The notes under the pieces were generated by a model. It saw nothing but the letters and a program-made list of their open reading frames with translations. It did not search any database and was not told the origin of the DNA. Positions 55,417-64,000 of a DNA stretch of 64,000 nucleotides are shown here, piece by piece. A program made the translations under genes and the position numbers. The number at the start of each line of letters is the position of its first letter. The first letter of the stretch is position 1. Source of the DNA: Arenicellales bacterium (GTDB lineage Bacteria; Pseudomonadota; Gammaproteobacteria; Arenicellales; JAJDZL01); the NCBI GenBank assembly GCA_965205205.1, contig CBDBFX010000002.1, forward strand, positions 1,373,506 to 1,437,505, written 5' to 3'.

Positions 55417-58026
55417 CTGTCAACAAACCACACTTGACACGAAGAAAATAATTTGCTAAATTATGTGGCATGCAAATCGGCATGCGACAATATGACAAAG
55501 AGACGGTAGCTTGGTTCCGGCAGGCGGTGGTCGGGGGCGAGACCTCGCGGACGCAGTTGGCGTCGCAGCTGTGTGAACGGCTGGACTGGCGCAATGCGAA
55601 GGGCGAGCTGTGTGAGTCGTCAGCCCGAAAGGTGTTGCCGACGCTGGCGTTGCGGCTGGACGTCAAGCTGCCGGCGCCGGTGCGGTCGGCACCGTTGCGT
55701 TCGGCGGCCGGGTTGCCAGCGCCGCCGGTGGTCTGCGTGTCGGGGTCGCTGGCGGATTTGGGGGCGGTGACTTTGGTGCCGGTGGTCGATGAGGCAACCA
55801 GCGTGCCGTTTCGGGCGCTGATGGCCTGGCATCATCCGGAGGGGGAGCCGCGGCATCCGGGCAAGCAGCTGTGCTGGCTGATTCACAGCGAACGTCATGG
55901 GGTGTTGGGTGGCATCGGATTTGTGGCGGCGGGGTGGCATCAGCAGGCGCGCGACCGGTTCATCGGCTGGGGTGCGCGGGCGCGGGTGGCGAACCTTCAT
56001 CAGGTGGTGAACCATCATCGTTTTTTACTGTTGCCAGGGGTGCGGGTGGCGAATCTGGCGTCGCATGTGCTGGGTCAGGCGGTGGCGGCGTTGCCGGCGG
56101 CCTGGTGGCGGCGTCATCGGGAGACGGTGGTGCTGACGTATACGTATGTGGGCCCGGCGCATGCGGGGACCTGTTATCGGGCGGCGGGATGGTCGTGTGC
56201 CGGACAGACGTCGGGTCGCTCGCCGAGTGGTGGCGAGGGGGTGCGGCGGACGGTGTGGATGAGGCCGCTGGTGGCGGGGTGGCAGGCGACGCTGCAGGCG
56301 GCGCCGGTGCGGACGTTGCCGGTGGGTCCGGCGCGGCATGCGGCGGGCGACTGGGCGACCCGGGAGTTCGGTGGGAACGGTCTGACGGATGGTCGTCTGC
56401 GGCAGCGTCTGATCGAGATGGGTCGGTGCTGGCAGCAGCGGCCGGGGGCACCAGTGGCGGAGATTTTTCCGGAACCGGCGGATCAGCGGGCGGCCTATCG
56501 GCTGCTGTCCAATGCCCGGGTCAGTTCGGCCGATGTGCTGGAGAGTCATCAGGCGATGACGGTGCAGCGGGTGGGCGAGGCGGACGGGACGGTGCTGGTG
56601 GTGCAGGACACCACGGTGCTGAACTACCAGACGCTGCGCGACTCGACCGCCGGTCTGGTGGCGATTGGTGGCGGCGGTTCGGGCAGTGTGGGGGTGGTGG
56701 CCCATGTGCTGCTGGTGCTGACGCAGACGGGTCAGCCGTTGGGGGTGTTGGATGTGGAAGCGGATTTTCGGGCGCCGGGGCCAAAGACCGCGCGGCGGGC
56801 GGCGGCCGGCGCCAAGAAGGAAAGTGGTCGGTGGCTGCGCGGCTTCGAGCGCACGGCGGAGCTGGGGCGGGCCGATGGCGACAGGCGGGTGGTGACGGTG
56901 GGCGACCGCGAGGCGGACCTGTGGGCGCTGTATGCGCGCCAGGCGGTGGAACCGACCGCCGGTCTGTTGGTGCGGGTGGCCGCGGGGAATCGGCGGCGGG
57001 TGCAGGTCGGCGATGAGACGCCACTGCTGGAAGACTACCTGGCCTCACTGGCGCCGTGCGCCACGACCGAGGTGGCGGTTCAGGCCCGTGGCGGGGCGCA
57101 CGCCCGCGGCCATCGGACCGTGTCGGTGAACCTACAGATCGCGCGGGTGCGCGTGTGTGCGCCGCGCGGCGAGCAGCCGTCCCACCTGACGCTGACGGCG
57201 GTGCGGGTGAGCGACGCGGCACCGGAAGACGGCCGCCCGCCGCTGCACTGGCTGCTGCTGTGTTCCGAAGGCGAGGCCACGGCCGAGTGGGCGCAACGCA
57301 TCCAAGGTTGGTATCAGCGCCGCTGGAGCATTGAGGAGTACTTTCGGGTGCTCAAGACTGGCACCCGCATCGAGGATCGGCAGCTTGATGCGGCCGAAGA
57401 CCTGTGCAAGTGTCTGTGCTTCGATGCCATTGCCGCCTGGCAGGTGTTCGCCCTGCAGCGGGCCGCCCGCCATCAGCCGGAGTGCCCGGCCGAGCAGTTC
57501 GTCACCGGCGAGCAGATCGAGGTGCTCTATGCCTGTCTGCGCCGGGTGCGCATCCGACATCCGCGCGGCCCGCCCAAGGGCGCGCTTGACATCCGCACCT
57601 TTGTCATTGATGCGGCCCGCTTCGCCGGCTTCCGACCGTCGCGTCGGCAACCGCTGCCGGGGGCACAGAAACTGTGGAGCGGTCTGCGCTATCTGCAGTG
57701 GGCCCTGCTCGGCTATCAGGCCGCCGTTGAAGACGAGTCCCGGCCGCGTCGAAGACGACCGAGCCGGCGTTCTTGACGCCGGCCGCGCGGCCGGCACCAA
57801 CCGGCCGCCAACCGCTCTCGGTCCGACCGGCCGAGACGGCCGCGCGGGCCGAAAAAAACCTCATCCGACTCTGCGCACCACCCGCGACAACCGCCACCGA
57901 CTCCCCACGGCCCGCACCGTCCCCTCACCGCTAAGCCACTACGAAAAACAGGCCTGAAAGGACCGATCCCTTGCCTTCCGATTGCAAAGGCGCGACATCA
58001 CTGTGTTACGTGTGACTTCGTGACAG
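55417..58026 (+). mobile_element. IS-A copy 3 (2610 bp)
   Basis: Same termini as copy 2. 9-bp TSD GCCCCCGGC (55408-55416 and 58027-58035). Confidence 0.9.
55470..57776 (+). CDS. IS-A transposase (768 aa)
   Basis: Intact and nearly identical to 23039..25345. Confidence 0.85.
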   Translation: MQIGMRQYDKETVAWFRQAVVGGETSRTQLASQLCERLDWRNAKGELCESSARKVLPTLALRLDVKLPAPVRSAPLRSAAGLPAPPVVCVSGSLADLGAVTLVPVVDEATSVPFRALMAWHHPEGEPRHPGKQLCWLIHSERHGVLGGIGFVAAGWHQQARDRFIGWGARARVANLHQVVNHHRFLLLPGVRVANLASHVLGQAVAALPAAWWRRHRETVVLTYTYVGPAHAGTCYRAAGWSCAGQTSGRSPSGGEGVRRTVWMRPLVAGWQATLQAAPVRTLPVGPARHAAGDWATREFGGNGLTDGRLRQRLIEMGRCWQQRPGAPVAEIFPEPADQRAAYRLLSNARVSSADVLESHQAMTVQRVGEADGTVLVVQDTTVLNYQTLRDSTAGLVAIGGGGSGSVGVVAHVLLVLTQTGQPLGVLDVEADFRAPGPKTARRAAAGAKKESGRWLRGFERTAELGRADGDRRVVTVGDREADLWALYARQAVEPTAGLLVRVAAGNRRRVQVGDETPLLEDYLASLAPCATTEVAVQARGGAHARGHRTVSVNLQIARVRVCAPRGEQPSHLTLTAVRVSDAAPEDGRPPLHWLLLCSEGEATAEWAQRIQGWYQRRWSIEEYFRVLKTGTRIEDRQLDAAEDLCKCLCFDAIAAWQVFALQRAARHQPECPAEQFVTGEQIEVLYACLRRVRIRHPRGPPKGALDIRTFVIDAARFAGFRPSRRQPLPGAQKLWSGLRYLQWALLGYQAAVEDESRPRRRRPSRRS

Positions 58027-59046
58027 GCCCCCGGCCGCTCCAGCCACGCCCGACCCATGCGCAAGATCCGCGCACAGCACCGACCGCTAGCCGCACACCA
58101 GCGGTTTCAGCCACACCGACCGCATCACCGTGCCGCCGCTCGGCGAACAACCCGACGTGCCGCCCTCACCGCAACGCCAACCCGCCGCACGGTAGCTCAG
58201 CCCCGTATGCTCGGGCTCCACATACGTGTACGCCAGCACCGGTCGTACATTGTATTTCGTCTCCCAATCCTCAGCCACCTGTGCGCACGCCAGCTCCAGC
58301 ACCCGACTCAGATTAGCCACCCGCGCCTCACCCGACCAGCCGATGAACGCATCGCGCACCTGCTGTTGCCGCCCAGCACCCCATGACGTTCGCTGTGGAC
58401 CAGCCAGCATAGCTGTTTGCCCGGATGCCGCGGCTCCCCCTCCGGATGATGCCAGGCCATCAGCGCCCGAAACTGTACGCTGGTTGCCTCATCGACCACC
58501 GGCACCAAAGTCACCGCCCCCAGCTCCGCCAGCGTCCCCGACACGCAGACCGCCGCCGGTTCTGGCAACCCGGCCGTCGAACGCACCGGCAGCACCTTGC
58601 GGACCGACGACTCGCACAGCTCCCCCTTCGCATTGCGCCAGTCCAGCCGTTCGCTCAGCTGCGACGCCAACTGCGTGCGCGTGGTCCCACCACCTACCGG
58701 AACTAGTCCACCGTCTCCTGATCATATTGTCGCATGCCGATTTGCATGCCACATAATTTAGCAGATTATTTTCTTCGTGTTAAGAGTGTCGAAGTGACAG
58801 GCCCCGGACCGCTCTGCTTTCGAATGCCGCACCCTTCCCGTCTCTAACCCCTGCTTTAATGACTCTCCAATCGCTTTCCAATGGCTCAAAATGGAGACAG
58901 CGAAATTGCCTCAGCATATAATGAGGTCCACAAACAATAAAATTTTGACTTGATCACGCAACGTTAAATGTCTCGATTTGATTATTACAGAAGCAGGGGT
59001 GGAAGGATTGAATGATGTCTCAAACAGTCAACAGTCGGTCGTTGGC

Positions 59047-59649
59047 ATGAATACCGCGACATTTGATACATACGCGGCCGCGAGTGAGCTGCAGGCGCAC
59101 GGTTTCACCGAAGACCAGGCTGTTGCGACTGTTTCAATGGTTCGCAGTGCAATGAACGAAAGCGTCGCTACGAAAGCTGATATTGCGCAGCTTGAAAGTA
59201 GCATGAAGGCTGATATTACACAGCTTGAAAGTAGCATGAAGGCTGATATTGCACAGCTTGAAAGTGGCATGAAGGCTGACTACGCGCAGCTTGAAAGTGG
59301 CATGAAGGCTGATATTGCACAGCTTGAAAGTGGCATGAAGGCTGACTACGCGCAGCTTGAAAGTGGCATGAAGGCTGATATTGCACAGCTCGAAAGTCAC
59401 ATTCAGACGTACAGTGCACAGCTTGAAAGTCGGATGGAGACTCTGGAAAGTCGGATGAAGGCTGACAATGCACAGCTTAAAAGTGACATGAAGGCTGACA
59501 GTGCTCGGCTTGAATATCGGATGGAGACTCTGGAAAATCGGATGAAGGCTGACAATGCTGAGCTTGATAGCCGCTCGACCAAACGGTTGTACGTTGCTGC
59601 ATTTGGTATCGTCGCAATCACAGTTGGATTGCTGAAGCTCCTTGACTGA
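59047..59649 (+). CDS. DUF1640-like tail-anchored coiled-coil protein (copy 2, one extra repeat)
   Basis: Same N- and C-termini as 20071..20640. Seven ADI/YxQLES(S/G)MK units. Confidence 0.65.
   Translation: MNTATFDTYAAASELQAHGFTEDQAVATVSMVRSAMNESVATKADIAQLESSMKADITQLESSMKADIAQLESGMKADYAQLESGMKADIAQLESGMKADYAQLESGMKADIAQLESHIQTYSAQLESRMETLESRMKADNAQLKSDMKADSARLEYRMETLENRMKADNAELDSRSTKRLYVAAFGIVAITVGLLKLLD
59176..59406 (+). repeat. 7 x 33-bp in-frame tandem repeat
   Basis: Same unit as 20200..20397. Units 3-6 carry GGC (Gly) instead of AGC (Ser). Confidence 0.9.
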
Positions 59650-59849
59650 CCGCCCGAATCCCCGCCTCAGCGAACGGTGGGCAAAGCCGCGGAATGTCTG
59701 TATTCAATGCCGGCCGAGTTTTTCCCAAGAGCATCTTTAGACTGGATTCGGGTTGCCTGATCTTCTCATCCATTGATTGACCGTCACACCGGTTCGTTCT
59801 ACCGTTCCAGACGCCACTGAATGACGGACATCAGACTGTTATTGACGCG

Positions 59850-60046
59850 TTGAAAATCCACTTCAGGTCCAAATCGGCTCGAAAAATTTGTGAGAATCAT
59901 GGTGAAGGGGATAAGAAACTTGGACCGGCATGTGCAAAGTCACGGCGTAGACGATTGGCGGAGATCAGTACGGCGCAAGTCGTATCAGAACTGGCGGCCG
60001 GTTGCCCACCTACTCTGAAAGGAGAACGTAAGGGTCGGTTGGCCAT
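59850..60046 (+). pseudogene. RelE/HigB-like toxin ORF, truncated by IS-D
   Basis: Paralogue of 20841..21069 (KIHFRSKSARKI..LKGERKGRLAI). IS-D terminus CAGCAATTCCC starts at 60047. Confidence 0.4.
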
Positions 60047-61267
60047 CAGCAATTCCCGCCAAGGACATCGCCCGTGGATTCGGCGTGATTTCCGGCTTCA
60101 AATGCAAGAGTCGGGAGGATGCGGGCAAGGTGGACCCTCCGGCGGGTTGCCGGATCGGCGGTTGGCCACGTGATACCCTGAAGAACCGGCCGGTCACACA
60201 TTCGGTCACGGCGACCGGGTCAGGACGTGTCGAAAGGCACCAGGTCGGGCTTGCGGTGCCCGAAGGCGATGGCCTTATACAGCATCTCCCAGTTCTGGAT
60301 GTGGAACTCCAGAAACGAGGTGTTTCCGCTGGCGCCGGAGCCGATCCTGCGGGCGGACGGTGCCAGGAAGAACGACTGCGAGCGCAATGCGGCCAAGCGG
60401 CTGCTGGGGGACGTGCGGCGGGAGCATCCGCATCTGAAACTGCTGGTGGAGGATGCGCTGGACTCGAACGGTCCCGCACATCCGGCTGCTGCAGGAACTG
60501 AACCTGCGCCATGTGCTGGGGGTGAAGCCGGGCGACCAAGGGGAACTGTTCCACTGGGTCAAGGTTACGGCGGCGACCCGAATCGTGGAGATGGATCGGG
60601 ACGACAGCCGGTTTTGCTTCCGGTTCCTGAACGGCGTGCCGCTGAATGAGGCGAACTTCGACCTGGAGGTGAACTTCCTGGAGTGCTGGGAGACTCGCCC
60701 GAACGGTCGGACGCTTCACTTCTCCTGGGTCACGGACCTGGAGGTCACGGCAGCCAACGCCTACGAGCTGATGCGGGCGGTACGGCCCCGCTGGCGCATC
60801 GAGAACGAGACCTTCAACACCCTGAAGAACCAAGGCGACGGCTTTGAACACAATTTCGGCCACGGCCGACGGCATCTGGCGACGGTGTTCGCCCACCTGA
60901 CGATGCTGGCGTTTCTCATCGATCAGGTGCAGCAGCGGTGCTGCGCGCTGTTCCAGGCCGCGCGGGCGGAAGCGGGCGGCTCGAGTGCCCTGTGGAGGCG
61001 GCAGCTCGGACTGTTTCTGGAGTTCCACATCCAGAACTGGGGGAGGCTGTATAAGGCCATCGCCTTCGGGCACCGCAAGCCCGACCTGGTGCCTTTCGAC
61101 ACGTCCTGACCCGGTCGCCGTGACCGAATGCGTGACCGGCCGGTTCTTCAGAATATCACGTGGCCAACCCGCCGGAGGGTCCACCTTGCCCTCATCCTCC
61201 CGACTCCTGCATTTGAAGCCGGAAATCACGCCGAATCCACGGGAGATGTCCTTGGCGGGAATTGCTG
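60047..61267. mobile_element. IS-D relic with the same (3') end at both extremities
   Basis: 60047-60300 is an inverted copy of ~61005-61267 (terminus plus the last ~30 transposase codons). In between, the + strand carries the mid to C-terminal transposase (60300..61109, frameshifted). Confidence 0.75.
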
Positions 61268-61440
61268 TCCCGGAATTGAGCCCCACATGAAACTGGGCCG
61301 GTTGCCGGTAGCGGCTTGAGGATGGAAGATGTACGAGTCAGTGGAAAACCTGCCACTGCGACTCGCCCGCCGCACCATTCCTGGCCGCCACATTTGAGAA
61401 AGATGGCGTGCAGTATGCCTGCTTACCAGGAAAGTCAGAG

Positions 61441-62757
61441 TCAGTCGTTCAGTCTGCTTTCAATCAGGTGCTGGCGGAAAGACGGAATCGGGATGATGAT
61501 GCGGCGCTTTTCTTTATGGATGATACCGGCTCGGATCATTTCACCGACGAACTCCTGCGGTTCCATACTTCTTGGCATGCAGTCCGCCGATTTTTGCTTT
61601 TCTTTCCAAACCCGTTCACCAAGCAGGTCCAACAGCTCCGACTCACTGCAGCCACCCTCACCGATCATTTCGGCGACATCGGCCAGCAGGTTGACGCAGG
61701 CTGTGATGCTGGAACTGATCAGACGCCGCGCATAGTAGTCCTTTCTCATCCGGTTCCCTTCTGCACGAAGCCTGTTCTCATCCACTGCGGCAAGGTCGCC
61801 TTTCCCGTCTCTCAGCTCCGTCGCCAGCACGCGCATGTAATTGTGCAGATGCTGCGGCCAGCCGTTGGACCACGCCGCAATCTTCCCCGCAATGGCGGCA
61901 TCCCCAGAGCCCTCAATCTCATATTTCTCCAGCAGTAGACGCACCGCCTCGGCCGCCTCGGCCGCCTCGGCCCCGGCCAGCGTCCGCAGCGTCCGCACAT
62001 GCCCCTGACTCAGTCTTGAGATCCCCGCCTCCGCCAGACGCGTCTGCGACCAGGCCAGACCCGCCAGCACCGCCACAATCGGCAGTCCATGCCTGCCAAG
62101 ATGTATTCGCAGCAGCAGCTTCTCACCTTCAGGTCCCAGCTTCTGTACCTCATCCACCATCAGCACCACCGGCCGCAGCGCCGACACCCCAGACCTGATC
62201 TTCTTCGGCAGATGGTCCCGTATCGCATCCGACAGCCGCCTGTCATACAGCCGCCACAGATCTCTGAGCGTCAATGCGCCCTGCCGTTCCGTCTCGGCAG
62301 TCCTGACGTCAAATCCACCGCCCCAGAAATTCAGTCCGCCCACCAGCTCCCGCGTCCGGACTCGTTTGAGAATCTCACCCCCGTCGCTCCTGATCCGGTT
62401 CGCAATGACATGGGTCAGCTCGGACTCGTCTTCCAGATCCAGAGGATCCAAACTGACCGATACCGGCCCGTCCTTCCGCCGCTCCCAGATCTGCCGAAGA
62501 TGGCTCAGCAGGGCCGTCTTGCCCGCCCCCGGCGCACCCTGAACCAGCCAGGTGCGCTGGTCTGACAGATTCAGACCGCAACCGACAAGGTTCGACGCCG
62601 CCCTGCCGGCCATCAGCCGCCGCATCTGATCGACCGTGTCCTCAATGCCCGAAATGACATCCCGCCGTCCCACGAAATAAAGCGCATATTCCTTGTCGGA
62701 ACGCTTCGAGAACTCCGTCAGTCCTCTTTCTTTTTCTTCATTCCACATGGCTATCAT
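61441..62757 (-). CDS. AAA/STAND-like P-loop ATPase, full length (copy 2)
   Basis: Paralogue of 13927..15234 (MIAMWNEEKERGL..., GAPGAGKTALL, VVLMVDEVQKL) with a 3-aa AEA insertion. The track ORF's extension to 63291 is antisense porin. Confidence 0.75.
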   Translation of the reverse strand: MIAMWNEEKERGLTEFSKRSDKEYALYFVGRRDVISGIEDTVDQMRRLMAGRAASNLVGCGLNLSDQRTWLVQGAPGAGKTALLSHLRQIWERRKDGPVSVSLDPLDLEDESELTHVIANRIRSDGGEILKRVRTRELVGGLNFWGGGFDVRTAETERQGALTLRDLWRLYDRRLSDAIRDHLPKKIRSGVSALRPVVLMVDEVQKLGPEGEKLLLRIHLGRHGLPIVAVLAGLAWSQTRLAEAGISRLSQGHVRTLRTLAGAEAAEAAEAVRLLLEKYEIEGSGDAAIAGKIAAWSNGWPQHLHNYMRVLATELRDGKGDLAAVDENRLRAEGNRMRKDYYARRLISSSITACVNLLADVAEMIGEGGCSESELLDLLGERVWKEKQKSADCMPRSMEPQEFVGEMIRAGIIHKEKRRIIIPIPSFRQHLIESRLND

Positions 62758-62847
62758 CACACCTCCATACGGGTCCACGCATTGACTTGCCCCGCTTGGA
62801 CTCCAGTATACACCCGAACGGGGGAGGGGCTGGACTGGAAACTCCTG

Positions 62848-63562
62848 ATGGCCATTCTGGTTTTCTCGGGCGCCATGGCCGCCTCGGCGGCCGTCCTCGC
62901 CGAGGCGGTCTGGTACGGGTCGCTGCGCGGCGACGTCATGCTGGACAAAGGCATGGACGCGAAGTTCTACGGCGGCTGCTCGCGCTGGTGCATCAAAGGC
63001 TCGAACGAGGTGGTGGAGGAACTGTCCGCGGTCTGCCGCTTCGAGCACAGGTTCTGCACCGAGGACGCCGGTCAGGCCGGTGTCATCCGCGACATCGGCC
63101 ACTGGTACGGCGGTCCGAACGCCAGCGGCCGGGTCGGAAAGGTCCTGTCTTATGCTTATTCGAACGACGCCTTCGGTCTGCAGGTCGATGCCATCATGGA
63201 CGGTAAGAAAGACTCCGGCAGGGCCATCGATCAGTTGGCACTCGGGGCGACGGTGAACATCGGCGACCTCGGTCGGGTCGCCTTTGCCCATGTGAGGAAG
63301 GAAGATGTCAAAACGGTGTGCAAAGTGGCGAAAGTGGCCAAGTGGGCCAGCGGCTCCACAGTCCGAAAAATTGGTCAGATGGTGCGGAGGACTCCTGGCA
63401 AATCAAAACAGCTGATAATGGTGACACTCAGCTCAAGGAAGAATTTGCCAGGGGAATGGAGATGACGATTGTTGCTCTGCCAGGTACCGTTTGTGTGCAA
63501 AAGAGTCACGCTGATTATGACGCGGCGAAAAACCAGTTGAAAGATGTGGCGGCAGGTGGAAT
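62848..63562 (+). pseudogene. porin P7: same internal deletion as P1, frameshift, truncated by IS3
   Basis: MAILVFSGAMAASAAVLA/EAVWYG... It lacks the same ~28-aa block as P1. Type-I insert with a frameshift near 63465. Homology ends about 63562. Confidence 0.8.
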
Positions 63563-63626
63563 GTATTCGCTGAGGTTCACATCATAAAATGTTAAAAAAT
63601 GTGTAAAAAAACGGAGGTGACTCAAG

Positions 63627-63911
63627 ATGTTGAAGAAACGGTATTCGGAAGAATTCAAACAGATGGTTTGTGAAAAGATGCGGCAGGGGGTGGCGCCCTC
63701 GCAGTTGGCCCGCGAGTATGAGCCGCGGCTGCAGACGCTGTATCGGTGGAAGCGGGCGATGCTGCACGAAGGGCCGGACGCGGTGGCGGAAAGTGCGGCG
63801 AGGATAAGACAGTTGGAAAAGCAGGTTCGCCAGTTGGAGGAGGATAGGGAAATATTGGAAAAAGCGGCGACCTGGTTCGCAAAGGCACAAGGACCAGGGC
63901 TGAGCAGGTAA
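63627..63911 (+). CDS. IS3-family transposase OrfA (HTH)
   Basis: KKRYSEEFKQMV...LAREYE...TLYRWKR...QLEKQVRQLEEDREILEKAATWFAK. Confidence 0.85.
   Translation: MLKKRYSEEFKQMVCEKMRQGVAPSQLAREYEPRLQTLYRWKRAMLHEGPDAVAESAARIRQLEKQVRQLEEDREILEKAATWFAKAQGPGLSR
63859..63864 (+). promoter_or_regulatory. candidate -1 frameshift slippery site (A AAA AG)
   Basis: GAA AAA GCG in the OrfA frame. The -1 frame stays open into OrfB. Confidence 0.4.
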
Positions 63912-63913
63912 GC

Positions 63914-64000
63914 GTGTATCAGTTCATGTTGGCGAATCAGGTCTGTCATACGGTGGTGGCGATGTGTCGGGTGCTGCGCGTGTGTCGGCGCTCGTATTAC
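63914..64000 (+). CDS. IS3-family transposase OrfB, 5' end only
   Basis: VYQFMLANQVCHTVVAMCRVLRVCRRSYY resembles the conserved OrfB N-terminus (..F....PV..MCRVL.VSRS.YY), in the -1 frame relative to OrfA. Confidence 0.7.
   Translation, partial: MYQFMLANQVCHTVVAMCRVLRVCRRSYY

Larger units (their letters stand above)
54456..58800 (-). mobile_element. relic of a third DUF4338/Tn5-type IS (IS-B-like body, IS-A-like 5' end), with IS-A copy 3 nested
   Basis: The minus strand aligns with IS-B from its right end (..ACACAACATCCCACA at 54456) with several deletions and a C10 tract (54896-54905). After 58380 it aligns better with IS-A. Terminus as in 19824 (ending 58800). Confidence 0.65.
63563..64000 (+). 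mobile_element. IS3-family element, left part (runs off the window); left boundary approximate
   Basis: OrfA followed by the OrfB start in the -1 frame. Confidence 0.75.

Noticed and set aside
61441-63291. 616-aa ORF suggesting a much longer ATPase. The equivalent is 13735..15234 (499 aa).
   Set aside because: The extra N-terminal part is the antisense of the porin fragment. All six homologues begin at M(E/I)A(M/V/I)(W/Q)(N/D)EEK, so the starts are 62757 and 13927.
1-64000. A diversity-generating retroelement, retron or invertase that could drive porin cassette variation.
   Set aside because: I recognised no reverse-transcriptase ORF, no template/variable repeat pair with A-specific mismatches, and no serine invertase in this window. 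The only site-specific recombinases are the RIT trio, which is not adjacent to the porins.

Overview
IS-saturated accessory region of a Gram-negative, probably proteobacterial, genome. By my boundary calls about three-fifths of the 64 kb is mobile DNA, often nested several levels deep.

At least ten element types are present:
- IS-A: Tn5/IS4-like IS, 2610 bp, CTGTCA ends, 9-bp TSD. Three full copies plus relics.
- IS-B: a related 2350-bp IS with CTCACAA ends. One copy is inserted into another copy of itself.
- IS-C: ISNCY/IS5-like IS of 1.83 kb, 6-bp TANNTA TSD, four copies.
- IS-D: DDE IS with CAGCAATTCCC ends.
- IS-E: a 1241-bp element.
- Two IS1634-type relic families.
- An ISAs1-like element.
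- IS110 and IS3 elements at the two window edges.
- A three-recombinase RIT element with 106-bp perfect inverted repeats.

IS-A, IS-B and the ISAs1-like transposase all carry the same N-terminal DUF4338 (Druantia DruA-like) module.

Non-mobile islands, visibly lower in GC than the IS DNA:
1. A seven-member porin family. The barrel-encoding 5' and 3' blocks are conserved and the AT-rich central cassettes are exchangeable. The genes form two convergent pairs that are inverted paralogues of each other, plus two pseudogene copies. Each porin is glued back-to-back to a full or truncated AAA/STAND-like ATPase gene. None of the seven has an unblemished start plus an uninterrupted body.
2. A 9.6-kb native block: an M81 peptidase / M24 peptidase / class-III aminotransferase / racemase-like operon followed by gcvT-gcvH-gcvP.
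3. vapBC, with a RelE/HigB-like ORF split away from it by the ISAs1-like element.
4. Two paralogous DUF1640-like tail-anchored coiled-coil genes with an in-frame 33-bp VNTR of different copy number.

I recognised no rRNA, tRNA or CRISPR array. All family names come from motif recognition only; no searches were run.
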